Part shown: positions 27,133 to 36,616 of the stretch, one piece after another
Numbering within the stretch: the stretch's first letter is position 1
How the letters are laid out: each line of letters opens with the position of its first letter
Assembly (NCBI GenBank): GCA_000002435.2
Contig: CM018789.1
Length of the DNA: 64,000 bases
Source of the DNA: Giardia intestinalis
Lineage: Eukaryota
Direction: 5' to 3' (one strand)
Notes under the pieces: model-generated
The model's database searches: none
The model's input: the letters and a program-made list of their open reading frames with translations, nothing else
Told to the model about the DNA's origin: nothing
Program-made: the position numbers and the translations under genes

Positions 27133-28803
27133 TTAAAGCTGGTGCTCGTCTTTGCCATTATCGGTATTGTCACTTTGCCCAGCAATATTGCGATTGGCGC
27201 TGTCACTGTAGCGGAGCCCTTTGATAGAGTAGATGACCTGTCGCTTCTGATGCTTCGTTCGGCTCCAATGTATCCTGTCGATGCCCTCATCTGCCTTCCA
27301 TCTAGCTCTGAACATACTTGCTTCCCGAGCCTTGGACGTGTCCTTCGCTCCTTTGAATCCCTCAAGAGTCACCATCCACTCGGGGATATCCTGGCCGCTA
27401 TCCCGCACAGCAGTCGCTAAGGATCGAACTAACAACGCGTCGCGCTCTGTAAAAAGCGTCACCGCAGTTCCCTCTGTCTGCCTTCCCGCTCGTCCAATCC
27501 GATGAATGTAATGTGTTAGATCAGATGGTATGTCGAAATTAATAACCAGCCCTATGCGTGGGAAGTCCAGCCCGCGCGCTAAAACGTCTGTGCAGACTAA
27601 GATCCATAAGTCTGCTGTTCGAAATTTAGTAACAATCTCATGGCGTTGGTTTTTGGTCAAGCCAGCATGAAGATAGCCAGTCGGCCAATCGACATAGCAG
27701 ATAAGCTCTTTATATATCGTAAAGACTCTATCTGAAGTTGAAGCAAACACAAGCACGGGCGGCTTTCCGTACTCTATAATCGCTTGCTGGAGGGTAAACA
27801 TTTTGTATCGATCCCTGCCAGCAAACATAAAGTATTGTTTTACAGTATTGGTAGGCATGCCTGCTCCAGCTACTGAAATCTGTACCGGATCCACTAGGAA
27901 GGTATTGACAAGTCCAAAGACTTGATCAGTCACACTGGCACTAAACAATGTGAACACGGGCCGATTAGCTGGACAACAGCCTCCAGTGTTTGCATTCGTC
28001 TTCAAAATCCACTCTAACACAGCATCTATTTGCTCTATGAATTGTGGGTTCATCAGGCAGTCGACTTCGTCGAGGACGATTGTTTGTAAGTTGGGGAACC
28101 GCACAATGCCTTCGGTTAAAAAGTTCAACAAAACAAGAGGTGTCGCCACCATAACGTCATGTCTTTTGGAATTGATGAGGGACTGCGTAACCGTCTCCTT
28201 TCGCTGTAATAACATTGTACGGAATGAAGGAGCGAGCTGATTGCAGACACGTGCCACCTGATCTGCTAGTTCTCTTGTGGGAACCAGAACAAGGACACGA
28301 AATCCATCGCTGCCTGGTTGACCAAGTGACAGTATTGATGGAATAATGTACGCTCCTGACTTTCCACTGCCAGTTGGAGCCAGGCAAAGACAGTCACGGC
28401 GCGACATCAAGGCAGGGATAGCAGCCTGTTGTACCGGGGATGGGACCTCCCATCCTAACTTACTGATGTTCTTCTGCAGCTCTTTTGCAGCAAAACTACC
28501 AGATGAAGCATCTTGATCTGACTGCAGCACAAAGCGCGTGGAAAGCTCATCAAACGACTTACATGTTGGACCACAGTCGCCCCAATTTATGCGAGAAATG
28601 CGCTGGGCCGTACACCATGCGCGTTCCTGTTCATCAGTTATCTCTGTGTATGGAACTCTTGGTACGTCTTTACTAACTTGTATAGCAACAAACTCGGACG
28701 CATGGATCCTTTCTGCACGGCCGTAGAACTGTGGTTCATGTTGTTCCTTGTCCTTCTTACTGAACTTGGCTCCACGAGACAAGAATGAAAACGACATATG
28801 CAA
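27133..28803 (-). CDS. DEAD-box-family ATP-dependent RNA helicase (motif II variant DEVD)
   Basis: Q-motif PSPVQQAAIP; motif I APTGSGKSGAY; Ia PTRELA; II VLDEVDCLM; III SAS; VI HRIGRAGR. Confidence 0.9.
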   Translation of the reverse strand: MHMSFSFLSRGAKFSKKDKEQHEPQFYGRAERIHASEFVAIQVSKDVPRVPYTEITDEQERAWCTAQRISRINWGDCGPTCKSFDELSTRFVLQSDQDASSGSFAAKELQKNISKLGWEVPSPVQQAAIPALMSRRDCLCLAPTGSGKSGAYIIPSILSLGQPGSDGFRVLVLVPTRELADQVARVCNQLAPSFRTMLLQRKETVTQSLINSKRHDVMVATPLVLLNFLTEGIVRFPNLQTIVLDEVDCLMNPQFIEQIDAVLEWILKTNANTGGCCPANRPVFTLFSASVTDQVFGLVNTFLVDPVQISVAGAGMPTNTVKQYFMFAGRDRYKMFTLQQAIIEYGKPPVLVFASTSDRVFTIYKELICYVDWPTGYLHAGLTKNQRHEIVTKFRTADLWILVCTDVLARGLDFPRIGLVINFDIPSDLTHYIHRIGRAGRQTEGTAVTLFTERDALLVRSLATAVRDSGQDIPEWMVTLEGFKGAKDTSKAREASMFRARWKADEGIDRIHWSRTKHQKRQVIYSIKGLRYSDSANRNIAGQSDNTDNGKDEHQL

Positions 28804-28949
28804 TTTTTAATTCAATGATGAAGTTGCCTCTTTAACAAGGTACCCTCGCCAACTGTTAATGGTGTAAATAATTGCACATACAGCTGAGCACTTGATGGTC
28901 TGGTGCCATGCAATTGTGGTGATGTAGAAATATGGTCATAGTTTAGCTT

Positions 28950-29420
28950 TGGTGATTCACTCCGCCCACCGGCTGCCCCCGGCGCTAGCTATTGAGCTCC
29001 GCGACGGACCCTCCATCCTTGGCCGTGGAGCGGGGCTCCTCAAGGCAGCAGGGGGCCAGCGCGGTCGCCGCTCCCATCCCCAGCCGCCGGGCTAGCACGC
29101 CCACTGAGCCGCGACAGGCCCATCAGAGTCTACTTGTTTGCATGTTCTGCGGAGGGCGGCGCGTTTCTACCGTGGGTCAGGGGGCGAGGGATCTCGCCGG
29201 AAGCCGTGCAGATGCACCGATCGGGCAGCAGCCCCAGAAGATCGCCAGCCTGGCCTGTGCTGGCAAGTCGGGCAGTGGCGACGAGCGCTCCGGTCCGGGA
29301 GAACATGGCCTCGCGGGCTGGCAGACGGCGGTGAAGTGACGCGGCGCCTGAAGGTCAACCAGTGGGTCGAGGGGGCTGCGGCATAGGTGAGCGCGGTATC
29401 GTCACTGAATCTACCCACTC
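28950..29420. other. GC-rich island in an unusually long (~950 bp) intergenic region; candidate structured non-coding RNA locus
   Basis: Sharp compositional switch from flanking A/T-rich spacers. Only short Arg/Gly/Ala-rich ORFs on both strands. Lies between the helicase 5' end and the CK2-beta 3' end, where other intergenic spacers in this window are 2-200 bp. Confidence 0.4.
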
Positions 29421-29751
29421 AAACAGTCATTGGGCTTTACAGGCTTACAGATATGAGTCGTGCTTTTGATTACCTTTTCCTAGAACTCTAGAGCAGGGTC
29501 ATACATCTGCCCTCATTGTGTTCCAAATAGCACACGAGTGTGAGACACTATAGTCTTCTTTAGAAAATACGTGACATATACATCTGCTTTACTGACAGTG
29601 ATAAAATTAGCGAATTAAAATGGGTAAATCTAAATGATTTTTCTTTTGTCTTATCAAAATAACTTATTAAGTGTAACTACACTGGTATCACGTTTATAGC
29701 ACAGATGACTTCAACGGAAAAGCATGATAATCCCAAATTCCTTGCATGATT

Positions 29752-30468
29752 CTACTGTTTACTTTCAGTTTCGTTACACTCTATATATTTTCTGTTCATT
29801 AGTTTAGCAAAATGAGGATCTTTAGACTTTAGAAAAGTTATGGCTGGATGAATATTCTTCCCACGAGATTGCTTATTGAAAAGTTTAAATCCGTAAAGTG
29901 TTGGTATGTACTGTTGGCTTGGCGGGGGCATAATATTTGGGTAGGTGAGGATAAACATTGGCACCAGAGAAGGGCCATAGAAGCAACCATCTATAAAGAA
30001 CTCAGGATCCGTGTTATAGAGCTTGTATAGCTTATGGCAGGCAGGGCAAAAGCAACGCAGTACATCCTTTCCTGGTTTTTCAACGGCACTGTAGGGAAGT
30101 AGCCGCTGTCCACTGCACAGGTAGCGAGGACACTTACCATATTCGCAACGCTCATACTTCTGTCTTACATCCTCAAGCCCTTGAGGCGTCAAAATGTACC
30201 TGGCATGGATATGAGCATAGAGAAGCGCTGCAGCCTTTGAAACAGCCATCTCGTCGACATCCGTGGTTTGCGGTTCGTTGCGAATGAGCTTTAGTGCTTC
30301 TGAAAAGTGCTTGATCTCCGGCTCTAAACCATAAAGGGCTAGGTTATCTTCCAGATAGTATTCCGGTACTTCTACGAGCAGCCTCCGAAAACCGCCCTGA
30401 GAGAGAAAAGCAGTAAGCCAGTCTTCTTGCTCATCAGAATAAGACCCACTGCTCCCCCCTTCTTCCAT
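29752..30468 (-). CDS. CSNK2B: Casein kinase II regulatory (beta) subunit
   Basis: YGLIHARYI-like ALLYAHIHARYILTPQG; zinc-finger CPRYLCSGQRLLP...RCFCPACHKLY; C-terminal RLYGFKI-like TLYGFKLF. AGTAAAC (minus strand, 29757-29763) sits 3 nt before the stop. Confidence 0.95.
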   Translation of the reverse strand: MEEGGSSGSYSDEQEDWLTAFLSQGGFRRLLVEVPEYYLEDNLALYGLEPEIKHFSEALKLIRNEPQTTDVDEMAVSKAAALLYAHIHARYILTPQGLEDVRQKYERCEYGKCPRYLCSGQRLLPYSAVEKPGKDVLRCFCPACHKLYKLYNTDPEFFIDGCFYGPSLVPMFILTYPNIMPPPSQQYIPTLYGFKLFNKQSRGKNIHPAITFLKSKDPHFAKLMNRKYIECNETESKQ

Positions 30469-30561
30469 AAAATTAAAACTTCATTCCAAATGATCTTCAT
30501 CAATTACACCGAAGTTTACTTCAAGAGGGCACACGTGTAGATAGGTCTATGCGGTATAGAC

Positions 30562-32430
30562 CTATGCGGTAATTCTGCTGATTTTTGACGCACTGTCCTG
30601 TAGGCAGCGGTAGTGTTTAGTAATTAGATTGAGATAATAACGCTTTGATGTGTGTACATCGACAACTAGCAGACGCTGCCTGACCATAAAGTCAAGCAAG
30701 TCTGAAGAGGTTGCAGGAGCCAAGCCAAATCGTTCTGTTAGTTCATCGGCAGTCACATAAGGGTGGGGCTTGTTTGGTTGTGGGTTTTCGGCCCTCACCT
30801 TCGTCCATGCATTGTAGAGCACATTGATTACAATGAAGTGAATTACGTTTGTTAGACGCACCGCCTTTTCCACGAAATACCACGTGTCATTGATGCGCCA
30901 TGGTACAAACATCGGGAACCGGTGGTATGGGATCTTTTCGCTTGTGCCCTTCTTGCACTCGTCATCCGCTAGTTTTACTGCTTTATAGAATGCGTCCACA
31001 GCAACAGGGTACACAGGTCGGGCATGATTTAAGAGGGAAAAGATCTCATCGGCTGGGATTACCTTGAACTTTGCTGCGGAGTGAAAAGGAGACGTAAGAC
31101 TGTAATTTAGTAGCAGAGATGGAAGGCTCTTAGTAATTGTCTCTATGGTTAGCGAGCATGCGGACAGAGTTAGGGGAATGTTAACGTTCTGCAATCCAGC
31201 AATGTACATTTGCAGCGGAAAATTTGGAGCTTCAATTGACGTCATTGAACTGTAGGACGACACGTATCTGTCTATATAGGAGGAGATAATGTATGCTGGG
31301 GACTTGCCCTTAAGCTCAACCAGGGCGGTATTTGTAACATGAGGAATACCTATGATCTCCTCCAGTGAATCTTTATAGTCAGCATTGGTGAAGAACTCCT
31401 CTGCGGATGGAAGAAGAGTCTGAAGGGAGCTTGCTTCAGTAGATTTTAGGCCATTAACTTCTTTCTCAAGTACAGATGAAACCACAGGCGTGCTCTTGCA
31501 ATCAATCTCATTAGACGCCTTCAGGAACAAAAGCATAAGCTTATTCGTGGACACAAGAAGGTCATTAGACTCCCTTAGTCGACTGACTGTCAGTGGTTTA
31601 GAAAACTCCTTCAGGCAATCTTCTGGAAGAAGAGCAGACAGGAGGGAAGTCTGCTCAGGAACAGAATTATGATCTAGTTGTGCCAGTATCGGATGACTTA
31701 CAGGCTGAGTAGAGCCAGGAAATTGATTTTCGGACTGGCCTTTTTGTTTGCAGATACTATGCTCACGTGGAGCAAATATAGCCACTGAAAGCATATCGTT
31801 ACTAGAGCTTGCGAAAGTACCTCCTGTTTGTATCACCGATGAGCCTTCTTGATCATCACAGATGATTTTGGGTGATATATTGTTAGATTCTCCAAGAGTC
31901 TCGATGGGCATTTGCTTTGGCTCCTGCACTGGCTTTGGAGGCACAAAATTCATTACTGAAACAGTCATTTGCCGAGCCTCCAAGAGTCCCGTCAAAGACG
32001 CCAATAGCAAGTCGTGATCCTCCTTAGCCGTTCGCAGATCGGCCTGGTGCTTCTTTGACGTGTTTGCAAACGTTATCTTAATGACCTGGTCACTAACCGT
32101 GGTGACCAGGTTATTGTTTGACCTGTCGTTCTTGTCTGAAGAGGTAGGAGTTATCTCAATGGTTAGAGCGTTCTTTTGCGGAGCTCCCGCATTATATGAT
32201 TCAATGTCTATAAGGTCCATGTAAAGATTATGCTCAGGTGACTGCTGAGAGAAGAAGTAAATTGCTTTTCTTGTAAGAACAACACGAGGATTGTGGGCCT
32301 GCTCGCGGTCGTAATAGACAGTCTTGCTATCACCGATGGTGATCGGGTTGTCTGTGGAAAAGACAATCGCCTCGTCCGAAGGAATAGAAGCGCCATTCCC
32401 CTCCTCTTGCACTTTAAACAACGCGTGCAT
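30562..32430 (-). CDS. Hypothetical protein (622 aa)
   Basis: Long ORF. The N-terminal ~120 aa could be a PH/GLUE-like beta sandwich (speculative). No diagnostic motif. Confidence 0.55.
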   Translation of the reverse strand: MHALFKVQEEGNGASIPSDEAIVFSTDNPITIGDSKTVYYDREQAHNPRVVLTRKAIYFFSQQSPEHNLYMDLIDIESYNAGAPQKNALTIEITPTSSDKNDRSNNNLVTTVSDQVIKITFANTSKKHQADLRTAKEDHDLLLASLTGLLEARQMTVSVMNFVPPKPVQEPKQMPIETLGESNNISPKIICDDQEGSSVIQTGGTFASSSNDMLSVAIFAPREHSICKQKGQSENQFPGSTQPVSHPILAQLDHNSVPEQTSLLSALLPEDCLKEFSKPLTVSRLRESNDLLVSTNKLMLLFLKASNEIDCKSTPVVSSVLEKEVNGLKSTEASSLQTLLPSAEEFFTNADYKDSLEEIIGIPHVTNTALVELKGKSPAYIISSYIDRYVSSYSSMTSIEAPNFPLQMYIAGLQNVNIPLTLSACSLTIETITKSLPSLLLNYSLTSPFHSAAKFKVIPADEIFSLLNHARPVYPVAVDAFYKAVKLADDECKKGTSEKIPYHRFPMFVPWRINDTWYFVEKAVRLTNVIHFIVINVLYNAWTKVRAENPQPNKPHPYVTADELTERFGLAPATSSDLLDFMVRQRLLVVDVHTSKRYYLNLITKHYRCLQDSASKISRITA

Positions 32431-32463
32431 TTTTTAATTAGCCTAGGCGGTTGCAAAATCTGT

Positions 32464-35400
32464 ATGAGCTCCTTGAGCAATCGCCCATCGGCCTTCGGGC
32501 GCACGAAGGAAAAACGGGCGGTAAACGACAGCCTCTCCATTTACTTGGAGGACCAGACGCACCCGACGCTCCTTGTTAACCCGCAGAAGAAGGTACAGAA
32601 GGTCTCTACAAAGCGGGCAGACATCCCCTCTTACAGAGAAATTCAAACGTATAGGCCGCCAAATGCGCCGAGCCGTGCTTTATCCAAGCCCAAGAAGTCA
32701 TCTTCTACCCAGAAGTCAAATAGTCCGGCCGCCATCTATTCTAAATCTGCATCTACAGGACGAAGAGGGCCATTTACACGGAGGGCCTCAGGAAGGAGAA
32801 CTCAGAGTACCAATGGAAATAGATTAGTAATAGGAAGGAGCGACGATAACGGCTTTCAGAGGACAAGGTCCCCAGCTGCCCGTGCAAGTACATCACCGTA
32901 TTACTTGCGTGACTCTGTAGATACTTTAGCAACGTCCCCAGGGATCGATGGGCCTTTCTCAGTGCAATCTGCTGCTGCCTTGATTCAGAATGATAAGAGT
33001 GAAATAGACATAGACCCCAACATTTTTGGATATCATGAGCCGAGACGCGCCAGCAGAAGCACACTCAGAAATGATACTAAAGCAATAAGAACCAATGGGT
33101 TATTCCACGTACCGTTGCCATCTCAGCAGCCGCCAAATCGAAGTAACTCCGGGTATGAGAGCACCCTCTCACATCGCATGTACTCTCCCATCGCGCCACA
33201 TCACCACTCAACTACTGACTCGAGCATGTCACGTTCTGGCTCTCAACTTGGGCATCATCCCAAGTCAACGATCAAGACAGACGATATTAGAGAGCGGGTT
33301 AGACTCCAGCAGAATGCAGCCCAGGCACTCCTACGTGACTATGTCTTTCTTGTGGGCTATAACCCGAAGTATCTTAGCAAGTCCATGTTGGCAGACGGCT
33401 ATCAAGAGGCAAGAGAGATAGGAGAGGGACATCTCCACGGAGAAGAGCTTATTAAGAAGGAGAAGAAACTCCTTGGAAATATCATTGGAGATATCGTGCA
33501 TTTACGTAGCGGCGGGCACTCTGGGACAGGGCCACACATGATCATGCCAAGCTTGCACGGAGATACATACACAACTATGAGCACTGCAGAACATCTTCCA
33601 CCTATAGACGAAGAGGATTTGCAAATAGACGATGTTATAGGCGTCAGTAAGGATGATAAGGGATTGCAAGGTGATGCCGCTAATATGGTGGACGCCTCTG
33701 TACTGACAGACATTGAGCGTATAAGCTGTGTTCACAATGAGATAGTCCATACGAAAGATGAATCAACACAAAACAATCCGGAAGGATCGGTCTCTCCTCA
33801 ACCGACACACCATAATTATAAAAGTCCAGGATTCCTTAAACCGTCTCACCCTAGCACGCTTCATATCAAGATAGACAGTCCTGATCATCTAGATGCTAGT
33901 GAAAGCCAGGGGCGTACTCAGATATCGGTCATAACAGAGCCAGAAGTGAGTGAGACGCTCTCACAAAATCCTACCCTGTTAATTAGACCAGTGACAGAGA
34001 ACAACGACCCATCAACAAAGGACCTGCATAATATTCTTGATAAGGCAGTGCACAATGACGCGCTTAAACAGGCACGAAGAGAGTCACGGTCGGCCAAACC
34101 TCCCACGACAGCGTCGTTATACACAAAAGATGACACTCCTGGTCGCACACATCGCGTGACAACTAGCGCTCGCACTCCAACGCGAGAGAGATGTGATTTT
34201 GCATATCACATTCCAGCTCTATCAGGTGTGCACTGCAGCAGGCCAGATCGCAGTGCGCCCAAGACACCCAATAGGCGTGTAAGCGATAATATCAACGCCT
34301 ACGTAATAGATAAGCGCCAGGAACCATTAGTGCATGAAATAAGTGACGGAAGCAGTGGTATTTCCGGCATTGACGGGGAGATAAACGGCGAGAAGGCCCA
34401 CGCATCCATAGAGACTTCAAACCAGCCCAGACGCAATATTTCCTCCGGCAATCGGCCTATCAGAGCCATGCAAACCAATAGTGCAATCAATACTCCCGTT
34501 GGAATGGTTAGAACTCATGGGCTGGAATCATCCCCTACGCCTCTTCATCAAAACTGCTCCTTATGCTATGAACCCCTTTGTGTCAAGCCCAATGCTAGGG
34601 ATAAAACGTCTAAATCGTCTACTGATAGGTTTAAAACCGTAAGAGATAGCGACTTAATGAACACTATTTGCACCACATGCTATCCTAAATTTCTTAATTC
34701 TGTCATACACTTGCCATTGAACGATAAAGAATGCAGTACCAACACCCATCTTCCTCCACATTTTGGCCACAGTTTTGGTGATTTAGAAGATTTTCCTGCG
34801 GATTTAATAACGACCTGCAGATTTAGTAATAGCACTCCAGGAGCTATTATAAATTTAGAAGCCTGTAAAGCATGCCCTCATTACAAGCAAACAATGGAAA
34901 ATCCACATTCAAAGGCTACGATGGAAAAATTGGCAGATACCCTTCGTTCAATAGAATTTCATACCAGACTAGATGATGGTAGCAGCATAGCATATTTTAA
35001 TACCAACGTTCCTAGCACAGAGAGTGATCCTTGTGCCCATGAGGCTTTTGGACGTGGAGCAGTTCCCACATATGACACAGATAATAAGGAAAAGCTTGTC
35101 ACAAATAATTTTGGTGCACTACAGATAGACGTCGTCGATGATCACACAGCCATGCATGACATTTCTGTGGCTATGCAGAACTGGGGCATCACTGGGACGG
35201 TGGACAGTTCGTGTAACAGACCACGCACAGATTTAAGATATGCGTGTCCCTTTTTAACTGTTTCCAATATATTTAGTTTTCGCATGACTCACAAAGAGCC
35301 GCATGAACCACCTAAGCCTTATTCCATGGTCAGTTCGTGTCCAGAAAACGTGCTAATAGTCACTCCCATTGAATGGCCACCTGGAGAAGGGTCTCCGGAA

Positions 35401-35871
35401 CCGGAATTACCTAGCGTAGCTCTCCCTCAGACGAATCCTAATTGTTCTTCTGACAAAAGTACAATAGACTTTGGGATGGGTACTTCTCACAGTGCCTATC
35501 CAAATAAGTCCACGCGGAAGTCTCAAAAGATCCATACAAATGTAATAGATGTTACACATACCTATGACTACAACGTTATCAGGAACCCCGGAACGGCTCT
35601 TACTCAAGACGAGCAGACTGAAGTGGTTTTGAACTGTGTTTCTGAGGCCGTGCAGACAGCAAAGATAGATCAATTGTTAGGTGGTCTGTCTGAGCATAGC
35701 CTGGTGGACAAAATAAATAGTAAGGATATTAAGAAGCGAGTGAAAAAGTATCTAGACTTGTTAGACTTAAAGGTACCCGTCTGCACAAGCAAGGACCCTA
35801 CTAGATGCCTTTGCCGCATATGTGTCACCACTAAGGAAACGGTGAGGGAAGTCAAGATAAAGCATAAATAA
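32464..35871 (+). CDS. Hypothetical large Ser/Thr/Pro-rich protein (~1136 aa) with a C-terminal cysteine cluster
   Basis: Start set at MSSLSNRP (32464; preceded by an A/T-rich tract) because the track ORF start at 32293 overlaps the upstream minus-strand gene. Cys cluster CSLCYEPLC...CTTCYPKF...C...C..C. Confidence 0.6.
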   Translation: MSSLSNRPSAFGRTKEKRAVNDSLSIYLEDQTHPTLLVNPQKKVQKVSTKRADIPSYREIQTYRPPNAPSRALSKPKKSSSTQKSNSPAAIYSKSASTGRRGPFTRRASGRRTQSTNGNRLVIGRSDDNGFQRTRSPAARASTSPYYLRDSVDTLATSPGIDGPFSVQSAAALIQNDKSEIDIDPNIFGYHEPRRASRSTLRNDTKAIRTNGLFHVPLPSQQPPNRSNSGYESTLSHRMYSPIAPHHHSTTDSSMSRSGSQLGHHPKSTIKTDDIRERVRLQQNAAQALLRDYVFLVGYNPKYLSKSMLADGYQEAREIGEGHLHGEELIKKEKKLLGNIIGDIVHLRSGGHSGTGPHMIMPSLHGDTYTTMSTAEHLPPIDEEDLQIDDVIGVSKDDKGLQGDAANMVDASVLTDIERISCVHNEIVHTKDESTQNNPEGSVSPQPTHHNYKSPGFLKPSHPSTLHIKIDSPDHLDASESQGRTQISVITEPEVSETLSQNPTLLIRPVTENNDPSTKDLHNILDKAVHNDALKQARRESRSAKPPTTASLYTKDDTPGRTHRVTTSARTPTRERCDFAYHIPALSGVHCSRPDRSAPKTPNRRVSDNINAYVIDKRQEPLVHEISDGSSGISGIDGEINGEKAHASIETSNQPRRNISSGNRPIRAMQTNSAINTPVGMVRTHGLESSPTPLHQNCSLCYEPLCVKPNARDKTSKSSTDRFKTVRDSDLMNTICTTCYPKFLNSVIHLPLNDKECSTNTHLPPHFGHSFGDLEDFPADLITTCRFSNSTPGAIINLEACKACPHYKQTMENPHSKATMEKLADTLRSIEFHTRLDDGSSIAYFNTNVPSTESDPCAHEAFGRGAVPTYDTDNKEKLVTNNFGALQIDVVDDHTAMHDISVAMQNWGITGTVDSSCNRPRTDLRYACPFLTVSNIFSFRMTHKEPHEPPKPYSMVSSCPENVLIVTPIEWPPGEGSPEPELPSVALPQTNPNCSSDKSTIDFGMGTSHSAYPNKSTRKSQKIHTNVIDVTHTYDYNVIRNPGTALTQDEQTEVVLNCVSEAVQTAKIDQLLGGLSEHSLVDKINSKDIKKRVKKYLDLLDLKVPVCTSKDPTRCLCRICVTTKETVREVKIKHK

Positions 35872-36067
35872 TCAGATTGTTTAGTCTGTTCTTAGCGCAC
35901 CTGTGATAAAGTGTGTTAAATTATTTACTGTAGAAAGTGCCTAATGCTATTCTTTTGATAGTGGATACATTCAGTAATGCGATGCTGGCTATAAAGTCAT
36001 TTTTTAGATCTTTCTTCTGCCTTCTTCAGTTATCATTTTTACAGGAGCATTGTTTTTTTGAGCTTTA

Positions 36068-36610
36068 ATGACCATGTCCGTCGCTGACGCTCACGCCCTC
36101 ATTAAGACCATCCCCGATTTCCCAACGAAGGGTATCGCGTTCAAAGACCTCAGCGACATTCTTTCCACTCCAGCTGCTCTTGATGCGGTAAGGAAAGAGG
36201 TGACGGCGCACTACAAGGACGTTCCGATCACGAAAGTCGTTGGAATCGAGTCTCGAGGCTTTATCCTTGGGGGGATTGTTGCAAACTCCCTTGGCGTCGG
36301 GTTTGTAGCTCTGCGAAAGGCGGGCAAGCTCCCTGGAGATGTCTGTAAGTGCACCTTTGATATGGAGTATCAGAAGGGGGTGACCATTGAGGTCCAGAAG
36401 CGTCAGCTTGGCCCACATGATGTCGTGCTCCTTCACGACGATGTGCTTGCAACCGGCGGGACGCTTCTCGCCGCCATCGAGCTTTGCGAGACTGCAGGAG
36501 TGAAGCCTGAGAACATTTACATCAACGTTCTCTATGAAATCGAGGCCCTTAAGGGTCGTGAAAAGGTGGGGCAGAAGTGCACCCGTCTCTTCTCTGTCAT
36601 CAGAGAGTAA
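36068..36610 (+). CDS. APRT: Adenine phosphoribosyltransferase
   Basis: FPTKGIAFKDLSDIL; PRT motif VVLLHDDVLATGGTL; 180 aa, the typical type-I PRTase size. Confidence 0.95.
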   Translation: MTMSVADAHALIKTIPDFPTKGIAFKDLSDILSTPAALDAVRKEVTAHYKDVPITKVVGIESRGFILGGIVANSLGVGFVALRKAGKLPGDVCKCTFDMEYQKGVTIEVQKRQLGPHDVVLLHDDVLATGGTLLAAIELCETAGVKPENIYINVLYEIEALKGREKVGQKCTRLFSVIRE

Positions 36611-36612
36611 AC
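36606..36612 (+). terminator. Putative polyadenylation signal AGTAAAC overlapping the APRT stop codon
   Basis: gagAGTAAACggg; the TAA stop is embedded in the hexamer-like motif. Confidence 0.5.
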
Positions 36613-36616
36613 GGGC

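Noticed and set aside
30469-30561. Short imperfect direct repeat (ggtctatgcggtata / gacctatgcggtaat) in the CK2-beta upstream spacer
   Set aside because: It is only two ~15-bp units with mismatches. It is plausibly a promoter element, but too small to support any claim.
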